From: an uncultured Candidatus Saccharibacteria bacterium
GTDB taxonomy: Bacteria > Patescibacteriota > Minisyncoccia > Phycocordibacterales > CAIZLB01
Assembly (NCBI GenBank): GCA_964607805.1
Contig: CAZSLF010000001.1
Location: 12,811-76,810 of the forward strand
DNA: 64,000 bases
Reading direction: 5' to 3'
This document shows positions 16,330-23,986 of the stretch, in pieces. A program made the position numbers and the translations under genes. Numbering within the stretch: the first letter of the stretch is position 1; each line of letters opens with the position of its first letter. The notes under the pieces were generated by a model. The model was not told the DNA's origin. It worked only from the letters and a program-made list of their open reading frames with translations, and searched no databases.

Positions 16330-17487
16330 ATGTTCACATTCTTTCTCTCGATCGTTCTTATTTTTGTGTGCTTGATGTGTCTTGCATACCTCTTGGGAAT
16401 ATTCATTTTCATTCCGAAAAATCACATCGTATGCCTTGTTCTCAAGGATAATTTGGTTCAATACCAGTCGCTTAGTCGCGACAAGGATAAAATCCTTGAA
16501 GCAATTAAAAGGATTCCGGATACAGAGCCAAGAAAAGTATTGGCATTGAAAGATGCTAACGGCATTGTAACCAGAGACACTGATAGGTTTTGGGGGTTAT
16601 TTGTCAAATTTTTCAATTTGCATTTTACAACCTTAAACCCTTTAGTCACTCTCAAACAAATTACAATTGAAAAAACACACGTCAATACAGAATGGAAGGA
16701 AACCGATAAATTCAAAGATAAAATAATTCGTAACGGTGCTGAAAAAACCCGTTTTTTGAGAATAAGCTGGCCACGTGACGGTGGAAATGAAGGAGTCGAC
16801 CTCAAAGGAGGTGTCTCCATTAATTTGATATGGAATGTAAGCGAATACACTGTATGGGATTTAGATTATCTATTTTTTGTCTCGACAAACGTCAGCCAAA
16901 AATTAGATGAGCAAACACGTCAGGGTGTCGCGACATTCTACGCTAATATGAGCATAGTCGAATTTCAAGGTTCTGTAAGAAGCTCAAACGCTGCCAGTCC
17001 ACTAAATCAGTCTATGCGTGATCTTGATGATCTGGGAAATTACAAATCTGGCGCTGGTATCTACCATGTTGGACTTGTTATGACCGGAACCATCGGTATT
17101 GGCGATTACCAAATTGACCCCAAAAGCCAACCAGTTATCGATGCTCAGCTTGAAGAGGTTGCAAGTCAATCAGCCCTGAAGACAGCTGAAAATAAAGGTG
17201 AGGCCCAGAAAACCTTACTTATCAAGGCTGGCGAAGGTGAAGCTGAAGCAATTAAACTCAAAGGTAAGGAAACCGCAATTGCAGAAGGTCTTAAAACAGC
17301 CGAAATTGCAAAAGCGGAAGCAGAAGGAGCAAGACTGCTTGGAGAACAAGTGAGAGACAACCCTGAGCTTGCTGGTTTACTCAAGCGGCAAGCATTAAAA
17401 GATGTTGGAACTTTGGTGCTCAACGAGACACCAAATCCAACACCTACACCAATGATCATCAACCCGAACGACCCACCGAAAAAATGA
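16330..17487 (+). CDS. SPFH/Band-7 (flotillin-like) membrane protein
   Basis: N-terminal TM helix. C-terminal Ala/Glu-rich heptad region AENKGEAQKTLLIKAGEGEAEAIKLKGKETAIAEGLKTAEIAKAEAEGARLLGEQ resembles flotillin/YqiK tails. The core domain call is tentative. Confidence 0.55.
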   Translation: MFTFFLSIVLIFVCLMCLAYLLGIFIFIPKNHIVCLVLKDNLVQYQSLSRDKDKILEAIKRIPDTEPRKVLALKDANGIVTRDTDRFWGLFVKFFNLHFTTLNPLVTLKQITIEKTHVNTEWKETDKFKDKIIRNGAEKTRFLRISWPRDGGNEGVDLKGGVSINLIWNVSEYTVWDLDYLFFVSTNVSQKLDEQTRQGVATFYANMSIVEFQGSVRSSNAASPLNQSMRDLDDLGNYKSGAGIYHVGLVMTGTIGIGDYQIDPKSQPVIDAQLEEVASQSALKTAENKGEAQKTLLIKAGEGEAEAIKLKGKETAIAEGLKTAEIAKAEAEGARLLGEQVRDNPELAGLLKRQALKDVGTLVLNETPNPTPTPMIINPNDPPKK

Positions 17488-18806
17488 ACGACTACGTAAA
17501 CCCGATAGTACTAGCTCTGGCTGTAATCACGACGTTCCTTATCCTGTTCGTCATAATCAAATGGTTATGGAATAAGTTGTGGCGTAGAACCCCTACACCC
17601 GCAGCGGCTGCTGCAGCAGCTGCGGCTGCCGGAGGAACACCTCCACCAGCACATACGACCCACGCCTCATCGTTTAGCTTCACCCTTGATTGGGTTGGCT
17701 TTGCTAAAGCAGTGGTTCTCGTGCTTATCATAGGCACGCTTCTATACTTCGCTTACGGGCTCTACGGTCCGTTTAAGGAGTTGGCGGCGAGGTTTATGAC
17801 AAGCATAACCCCTAGCACGACAGTCATCGACTGGAGTAGCTGGGACTACACGCAGCTGAAGTTTTGGATTGTGGTTGCGATTACCCTAGTGGTGATCTTC
17901 CTCATTTTCAAACTCCTGCTCGCCACGGTTACAGCGTTTGGAAGACATGCACCAGCCACCTCGACTCCCACAAACTGGGATTCGATATTCCGAGGGGTTT
18001 TTGCCCTTGCGGTAGTTGTTTGTGCGTTTTTCCTCTTGCGCGGATGCAGTGGGCCGGCTACGCAGATGTTTAAAACATTGGCCGACAAAATATCGAGTGG
18101 ATTCAATTCAGATTCTGACTCCGGAAAATCTTCTGCATCGTCGAAAGGCGGGCAGTCAGAGGATCAGGAGATCATGAAAATGGGTAGGATCGCACGTGAG
18201 AAGGACATAAAACTCCTTCAACAGCGACTCGAGCACGTTTGGCATATTCCGTTGAAGGAAACTAACGAAATACTTGCCGTATCCGGCAATATTCCAGGGG
18301 AAGTCTTCTGGCGGAACATGACTCGGGTGTACAGCTTCAAGCGGTTGCCCGAGTGGAAGTGGAACACTCTTCCCTCAAGCATTGTGGAAATTCAGGAAAC
18401 ATACCCCCACCCACAAACTAATGCTCCCGTGGAATACACATACACCCTCCCAGTAAAGCTTTGCAAGGACAGACCTAGTCGCCTAATCCCAGTTCGGGGT
18501 TGGGATGACAGGATTGTTCCTGCAGATCCGACTGTGGATGGGAGTTACTTACAAATATCCGACAGGGATGGATCGGCGCCTGTTGAGATTTACTTCTCGG
18601 GTAAAACCGGGCGGTACTACGTGTACAACTACAGTGGGAGAGCTATCCGCCAAGACAAAGGCTGGGTACCCACGACGATCAACCAGTACGAGTTGATGCT
18701 TGCGCCAAACCATCCAAGTTCGGGCGAGGTAAGGTTTCTGATCCATAGGACACGTCACTCGATGTCTCCTAGCGATCCGGATCCTCTGCCTACTCGAATT
18801 GACTGA
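17484..18806 (+). CDS. Membrane protein with poly-Ala tract and unknown C-terminal domain
   Basis: Start overlaps the upstream stop (ATGA), implying translational coupling. A run of 10 Ala then GGTPPP, 4-5 TM helices, and a ~230-aa soluble C-terminal domain with no recognised motif. Confidence 0.7.
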   Translation: MNDYVNPIVLALAVITTFLILFVIIKWLWNKLWRRTPTPAAAAAAAAAAGGTPPPAHTTHASSFSFTLDWVGFAKAVVLVLIIGTLLYFAYGLYGPFKELAARFMTSITPSTTVIDWSSWDYTQLKFWIVVAITLVVIFLIFKLLLATVTAFGRHAPATSTPTNWDSIFRGVFALAVVVCAFFLLRGCSGPATQMFKTLADKISSGFNSDSDSGKSSASSKGGQSEDQEIMKMGRIAREKDIKLLQQRLEHVWHIPLKETNEILAVSGNIPGEVFWRNMTRVYSFKRLPEWKWNTLPSSIVEIQETYPHPQTNAPVEYTYTLPVKLCKDRPSRLIPVRGWDDRIVPADPTVDGSYLQISDRDGSAPVEIYFSGKTGRYYVYNYSGRAIRQDKGWVPTTINQYELMLAPNHPSSGEVRFLIHRTRHSMSPSDPDPLPTRID

Positions 18807-18861
18807 TTGGTTTCAGGCGGGATGGTTCATAAGTAGAACGAAGTTACTGAGTTCTATACGC

Positions 18862-18890
18862 AAAGGCGCCCCGCTAGGGGCGCCTTTTTT
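18862..18890 (+). terminator. Rho-independent terminator
   Basis: aaaggcgcccc gcta ggggcgcctttttt. Confidence 0.85.
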
Positions 18891-19027
18891 GCATTTTATA
18901 CTTTGATATATTTCTATATCTCAATATTTATTTTATCTTCAAATCTTCAGTTTTTAGATCTCAAGTTTTAAGGCAACTTGAACCGCCTTTTTGGTTTTTT
19001 TATAACCTCCTAACCTTCCCTACCTAA

Positions 19028-19321
19028 TCAACGTTTAATCACTTGATTAAGATTGCTTTGGGTTGCTCCGTCGATTCCGAAAGTTCCGATTATGACATTT
19101 ATTATACCAAAAACCGAAACCATGATAAACATACCGAACAATCCCCAAATCATATGCTTACGCCCCGTTTCTCGCTCACCATCACTATCCGCCCCGCGAA
19201 CGTACGAGAATATTCCCCATAAAAATACAACAAGTGCAACGAGAAAGAGAAGTCTGATAATCGGATTAAGAATTATATCGTTTACTCTGTGTATAAATTG
19301 GATAATATTTGTATCGTTCAT
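19028..19321 (-). CDS. T4SS-pilin-like (TrbC/VirB2-like) small membrane protein, paralog 1
   Basis: 97 aa. Two hydrophobic helices around a charged loop: LFLVALVVFLWGIFSYVRGADSDGERETGRKHMIWGLFGMFIMVSVFGII. No signal peptide. Confidence 0.7.
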   Translation of the reverse strand: MNDTNIIQFIHRVNDIILNPIIRLLFLVALVVFLWGIFSYVRGADSDGERETGRKHMIWGLFGMFIMVSVFGIINVIIGTFGIDGATQSNLNQVIKR

Positions 19322-19352
19322 TGGGCGTGCTTTGAATGTGATTTGATACTGA

Positions 19353-19712
19353 TTACTGATTCAACCCTCCAATCGGTTGTGGCGGTTGAGGAGGCTTAAG
19401 ATCTGGGTTTAATGTCCTAACTAGTATATTGACCAGTCCCCAGACAGAAACCATTACAAAGAGAGCTATAAGTCCCCAAATAATATATCCTACTGCCTCT
19501 TTTCGCGCTGTTCCGTCCCCACCAGAAATTACATACTTTAATATTCCCCATAAAAATACGAGGAGAGTAAGTGTAATTACAAATGGTAACAATTGGTTTA
19601 TTAGTTTATTTGCTTGATCTAATAATCCAAAAAGTCCACTCTGACTTTGAGCATGCGCCAAAGCTGGCAATAAAGTGACTACAAACAATGATGCTATTGT
19701 CGCTTTTTTCAT
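19353..19712 (-). CDS. T4SS-pilin-like small membrane protein, paralog 2 (with signal peptide)
   Basis: 119 aa. Signal peptide ending ALAHAQ, then the LPFVITLTLLVFLWGILKYVISGGDGTARKEAVGYIIWGLIALFVMVSVWGLVN core and a Pro-rich tail. Confidence 0.75.
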   Translation of the reverse strand: MKKATIASLFVVTLLPALAHAQSQSGLFGLLDQANKLINQLLPFVITLTLLVFLWGILKYVISGGDGTARKEAVGYIIWGLIALFVMVSVWGLVNILVRTLNPDLKPPQPPQPIGGLNQ

Positions 19713-19723
19713 ATTATTTGTTC

Positions 19724-20086
19724 TTAATAAGTTCCTCCAGCTCTAGGCATCTGAGGTCCCGGAGGAGCAGCAACGTCTAGGTTGAAAGAACGAACCAAGA
19801 TATTTACCAATCCCCATACTGATACCATAACGAAGAGCGCAATAATACCCCAGATCATATAACCTTGAGCTTCTTTACGCGCTTCACCATCGGCACCAGA
19901 GATAACAAATTTGAATACTCCCCAAAGAAACACCAGTACCGTAAGGGCAATGATGAAAGGAATCACTTGATTAATCAATTGATTCGCTTGATTGAGAAGC
20001 GCAAAGATGCCACCAATATTTTGTGCATGAGCAATTGCTGGAAAGACTGAGAGAGCAAGTGCAGATACTGTTAACGCTTTTTTCAT
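19724..20086 (-). CDS. T4SS-pilin-like small membrane protein, paralog 3 (with signal peptide)
   Basis: 120 aa. Signal peptide ending AIAHAQ, with the same two-helix core as paralog 2. Confidence 0.75.
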   Translation of the reverse strand: MKKALTVSALALSVFPAIAHAQNIGGIFALLNQANQLINQVIPFIIALTVLVFLWGVFKFVISGADGEARKEAQGYMIWGIIALFVMVSVWGLVNILVRSFNLDVAAPPGPQMPRAGGTY

Positions 20087-20155
20087 TTTAAGTTGTTAAT
20101 TGTTTACGTAAACTTATAAGCGACCTGTTTGAAAAGTCACCCATATATTATACAA

Positions 20156-20446
20156 CTATTTAAAGCGAGGCACACCTGGACCCTGTGGAGCGCGCGATGC
20201 ATCAGTTCCAAATCCAATTGAGTATGAAAGGAAATTTACAAGTCCCCATACAGAAACCATTACAAAAAGTGCAACTACGCCAAAAGAAATAATTTGTATC
20301 CCCTGTTTTCTATCATCTTCACCACTAGATCTTACCAATCTAAAAACTCCAATTATAAAAAATAGTAAAGTTAGGGCAATTATAAATGGAATTAATCTAT
20401 TTATAAATTCTTTTATTAAATTTATTACTGCAGGAATATCTCTCAT
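20156..20446 (-). CDS. T4SS-pilin-like small membrane protein, paralog 4
   Basis: 96 aa, core LIPFIIALTLLFFIIGVFRLVRSSGEDDRKQGIQIISFGVVALFVMVSVWGLVN. No signal peptide. Confidence 0.7.
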   Translation of the reverse strand: MRDIPAVINLIKEFINRLIPFIIALTLLFFIIGVFRLVRSSGEDDRKQGIQIISFGVVALFVMVSVWGLVNFLSYSIGFGTDASRAPQGPGVPRFK

Positions 20447-20498
20447 TTTATTAAAATTATTTCATGATTTACACCCTAATAATTTGCAAAATTCGCAC

Positions 20499-20774
20499 CT
20501 ATCGAAGTTGTGGAATATATAATCCACCTCCACCGAAGAAAGTATTACTTAGAATTGCTACAAGTCCCCATACAGAAACCATTACAAAAAGTGCCACAAT
20601 TCCGAAAGTTATAATTTTAATAGCGTCTTTTCTAGAATCCTCACTATTACTTCGCACAAGCTGGAAAATACCCCATAAAAATACAATAAGTGTCAGAGAG
20701 ACAATTACAGGGACCAAACTTGCGATTATGCTGTATATTCTTCCCACCAATCCTTCAAATGTATTGATTTGCAT
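20499..20774 (-). CDS. T4SS-pilin-like small membrane protein, paralog 5
   Basis: 91 aa with the same core. It shares a 35-nt identical stretch with paralog 4 (20560-20594 versus 20238-20272). Confidence 0.7.
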   Translation of the reverse strand: MQINTFEGLVGRIYSIIASLVPVIVSLTLIVFLWGIFQLVRSNSEDSRKDAIKIITFGIVALFVMVSVWGLVAILSNTFFGGGGLYIPQLR

Positions 20775-20794
20775 ATATTTGTATTATAGCTCTA

Positions 20795-21343
20795 TTAACG
20801 CGATAAATCCCTTACTGTATTTGTAATAACCATTGAAATTACCTTTGCTCCTAGAAGGATTGCTGCACCGATAACTGTCCATGTTAATTGCTTATGTGCG
20901 GCTTGAATTTCAGAATCGTTGCCTCTAGCCATAACATATTTAAGACCAGCTAGAATAATCATAAAGACAATTACGATTGATCCGAGCATAATCAAAACAT
21001 CTAGAAGTTTATTCAAAAATCCTGCAAGTGTACCGTTGTTATTACCTAGTGGATTCTGAAGTCTTGCTGTACCTTGATTATTTGCCCCTGCCTGCGCTAA
21101 CAAAACACCTTCAATTGCACTGGCGCTGTCAGCACCAATATTCGTGCCTCCGCCCACACTCTCACTTTGAACACCTAAAATCTTGCCAACACTGGCACCC
21201 AATCCTGTTTGATTTACAAAATATGATCCACTTGGTGAAAATGCAAAATATGAAAGCACCAAACTAAGTCCAATTGCAAAACTAAGAACTGTAAAGAAGG
21301 ATTTTCTTTCTCGACCTTTTTTATTTTGAGATGGATTAGGCAT
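20795..21343 (-). CDS. TrbC/VirB2-like pilin, longer form, paralog 6
   Basis: 182 aa. N-terminal TM/signal anchor, a Gly/Asn/Ala-rich region, and a C-terminal two-helix module LLDVLIMLGSIVIVFMIILAGLKYVMARGNDSEIQAAHKQLTWTVIGAAILLGA. Confidence 0.65.
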   Translation of the reverse strand: MPNPSQNKKGRERKSFFTVLSFAIGLSLVLSYFAFSPSGSYFVNQTGLGASVGKILGVQSESVGGGTNIGADSASAIEGVLLAQAGANNQGTARLQNPLGNNNGTLAGFLNKLLDVLIMLGSIVIVFMIILAGLKYVMARGNDSEIQAAHKQLTWTVIGAAILLGAKVISMVITNTVRDLSR

Positions 21344-21384
21344 ATGATATTTATTGTTTGTATCTATTATATCTTATTAACCTT

Positions 21385-21867
21385 TTATTGTATAAATGTC
21401 CTAAACTCTGCACCAACACCCAAATTATCAAGAATAAAGTCAACAATTAACCATGCGCACAAAGTTATTACAAGACCAATCGCGGCTTTTGCCATAATTC
21501 CCTTTGCTTTTTCAATTTCTCCAGAATTTCCTTGATTCATCATCATCTTCCACCCTGCGACAACAAAAGAAACTGTGGCACCGAGCACCGCAAGATAAAT
21601 TGCGAATTGTAAAATCTCAGAACCAAGTGCTATTAAATCATTCCAACCACACTCTCTAGTGTTACAGTCGGCAGGTACTTTAAATCGTCCAAAATTTTGC
21701 GCATGTGCAAGCAGCGGCATACATAGCAGGAAAAGAGTTAGACCTATTTTTGCGCTAGCAGCACTTATTTTGCCTACTATTAATCCAATTTTAGTTACTG
21801 CTTTTTTAGCTTCTGCCTTGTCCGTTTTCTTTGAGAGATTCATTTTCATAATTTTCGCCATTTTCAT
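21385..21867 (-). CDS. TrbC/VirB2-like pilin, paralog 7
   Basis: ORF 21385..21942 trimmed to an internal Met so it does not overlap the upstream gene's stop at 21881. Signal peptide ending LLAHAQ. C-terminal two-helix module ILQFAIYLAVLGATVSFVVAGWKMMMNQGNSGEIEKAKGIMAKAAIGLVITLCAW. Confidence 0.65.
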   Translation of the reverse strand: MKMAKIMKMNLSKKTDKAEAKKAVTKIGLIVGKISAASAKIGLTLFLLCMPLLAHAQNFGRFKVPADCNTRECGWNDLIALGSEILQFAIYLAVLGATVSFVVAGWKMMMNQGNSGEIEKAKGIMAKAAIGLVITLCAWLIVDFILDNLGVGAEFRTFIQ

Positions 21868-21880
21868 AAAATTAAGACAA

Positions 21881-23248
21881 TTAAGACTTAGTTCCCTGCA
21901 ATAATAGATCCAATCTTTGCTTTGCAGTCGTGATTGCATCACTTGCAGAACTCAATCCTGTTGTTACTGATTCTATCATGTCCTGGAAAATCACACTTGA
22001 GTAAGCTGGATCTGGATCAAACCAAGTTTTTGACTGAATTGTTGCCTTGTAGAAAACCGAAAGGAATTTATCTGTCATAGGTACACTCAACAAATCTTTG
22101 CGAACTGGTGGCATCCTAGAAATATCTACCCATAATTTTTGTGATGGAGCTTCAGTTAGTTTTAGTATTACATCGAAGGCGGCTTGTGCGTCTTTAGGTC
22201 TTTTTACTATTGAAAATGCAGTAATCTTTCCATAAGTAACATTGTAAGATGCACTATTCTGTGGCACAGTCGCTACGTCAAAATCAAGATTCGGATTTTC
22301 AAGTCGAAGTCTTGCATATTCACTAGCATATCCAATATATATCGCTAAATCCCCTGCCAAGAAAGCCTGTTTTGAAGTCGGCATAGATCTACTCCATGTA
22401 TATAGAGGATCAGCAGGGTTTGAGAATGTAGTATAGAATCGCAAAACTGATTCGCCAGGTGAAGATTGCGATATGCCAGACTGAGACGAACCGGTTGTTT
22501 CAGAACCTCCAGACGACTGCGACGATTGATCTGTGCTTGGATTATCAATTACATTTCTAATTGTCTGCAACTTTTCATCGTATACAGTTACTGGATTTCC
22601 AGCTTGCATAAACATAGTTACAAGAATTTCTTTTGCATTTGTAACGTTTCGAGCTTCTCCTAGTGCAATTGCTGATCGAGTAATACCTTTCGTTTCGTTT
22701 ATATTTACAAGTTTGGGCACCATAGTCTCAAGTTCGCTCCACAATTTGGGCGGTTCAGCGATTCCTGCGGTAGATAGAAGCCGTCTATTGTAGTACATAA
22801 CAATCGGATCAGCTGTGAATGGCACCCCGAGCAACCCCTCAGGTGTCATAAAGTGATCAGCTGCGTTCAGATATGTATCTGAATATGATCTTTGGTCATA
22901 TGTAGTGTATGGAATAACCATTAGCTTTCCTTTCTGAGAATAAAGTAGGTCGTCAGATAGCAAAACAATATCAGGACCAGTTTCTTCCGCCAATGCATTT
23001 ACAAATTCCTCCTGAAATCGCTCAGGATTTTTTTGCACATAGGTTACGCTAACCTGAGGTTTTTCGGCATTTATAAGTCTAATCATTTCATTGAACTCGG
23101 GCGCAGGCACGGTTCCCCAAATAGTGGCTGTTGGAACTTTTTTAGCGTTCACGCCTCCTAGACCCGCAAAAACTATTACACCAGTGATTCCGAGCAGAAT
23201 AAATATTGCTATAACTACGAGTTGAAAAGTACTAGGTGATGATTTCAT
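21881..23248 (-). CDS. Extracellular solute-binding protein (ABC family-1 SBP-like), membrane-anchored
   Basis: 455 aa with an N-terminal TM anchor. Pattern GPDIVLLSDDLL...GLLGVPFTADPIVMYYNRRLLSTAGIAEPPKLWSEL is typical of sugar-type SBPs. No permease or ATPase partner is adjacent. Confidence 0.65.
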   Translation of the reverse strand: MKSSPSTFQLVVIAIFILLGITGVIVFAGLGGVNAKKVPTATIWGTVPAPEFNEMIRLINAEKPQVSVTYVQKNPERFQEEFVNALAEETGPDIVLLSDDLLYSQKGKLMVIPYTTYDQRSYSDTYLNAADHFMTPEGLLGVPFTADPIVMYYNRRLLSTAGIAEPPKLWSELETMVPKLVNINETKGITRSAIALGEARNVTNAKEILVTMFMQAGNPVTVYDEKLQTIRNVIDNPSTDQSSQSSGGSETTGSSQSGISQSSPGESVLRFYTTFSNPADPLYTWSRSMPTSKQAFLAGDLAIYIGYASEYARLRLENPNLDFDVATVPQNSASYNVTYGKITAFSIVKRPKDAQAAFDVILKLTEAPSQKLWVDISRMPPVRKDLLSVPMTDKFLSVFYKATIQSKTWFDPDPAYSSVIFQDMIESVTTGLSSASDAITTAKQRLDLLLQGTKS

Positions 23249-23322
23249 TTTTTATAATTTACAATTTATATATATTTTTTGGTCAATGGCTTAGTGTGCC
23301 GCGCTTAATATATGTGCGTTAG

Positions 23323-23865
23323 CTATATTGTAGCGTGTGGCAATTTAAAAAGAAACCCATAATGGTGTGAACCTGAATCCAGTCGTGATACAAATTCAAA
23401 TCCAGTGGCTTCAAATGCTTTCCTGACATTTTCATAATTAACAACTCTATCTTTATGCGGCCCAATTTGCTTAAAAGACTCAACCCAATCAATTACTGCC
23501 ACCATTCCGCTAGATTTCAGAACTCTTTTTGCTTCCTGTGCGATTAGAAAAATATCATCCACTTGAAAAAGGACATTTGAAACAATAACTCGATCAACTG
23601 AAGCTTTGAGGAGGCCCGAGCCTGCCGGAGCCTCAAGGTCTCCATGAATTATTTCAATATTTTTAAGCCCCCTATGTGCCGCCTCCGCTTTCAGCTTCGA
23701 AAGATGCTCCGGCTGAATATCAATTGCATAAATTTTACCCTTCGGGCCGACATGTTTTGCAAGAGCGAGTGAGTGAAATCCTACTCCACATCCAAAATCC
23801 GCAACTGTCATGCCCTCGGCAATATGCATTTGCTTTATATTTGATTCGGGATCAGAGAACTTCAT
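23323..23865 (-). CDS. Class I SAM-dependent methyltransferase
   Basis: Motif I VADFGCGVGFHS, motif II IYAIDIQ, post-I acidic residue. 180 aa. Confidence 0.8.
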   Translation of the reverse strand: MKFSDPESNIKQMHIAEGMTVADFGCGVGFHSLALAKHVGPKGKIYAIDIQPEHLSKLKAEAAHRGLKNIEIIHGDLEAPAGSGLLKASVDRVIVSNVLFQVDDIFLIAQEAKRVLKSSGMVAVIDWVESFKQIGPHKDRVVNYENVRKAFEATGFEFVSRLDSGSHHYGFLFKLPHATI

Positions 23866-23986
23866 AGTTTAATAATTTTGCGTGGCGCGGAATCCAATTG
23901 GGATTGCACACCAGGCTTTTAACTCCCACAATTATACATCAACATGAAGAATATATAAAATTCTATGTCACTACACTGCCACTAAA

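Noticed and set aside
17590-17640. The GCN-rich repeat (gcagcggctgctgcagcagctgcggctgcc) as a microsatellite or regulatory repeat
   Set aside because: It lies in frame inside the 440-aa ORF and encodes the 10-Ala tract. The antisense ORF 17492-17737 is its mirror artefact.
20464-20826. The 120-aa + strand ORF across the pilin array (and 19053-19346, 19429-19617, 19865-20050)
   Set aside because: These are antisense to conserved pilin paralogs. Their sequences mirror the hydrophobic pilin helices and have no start context of their own.
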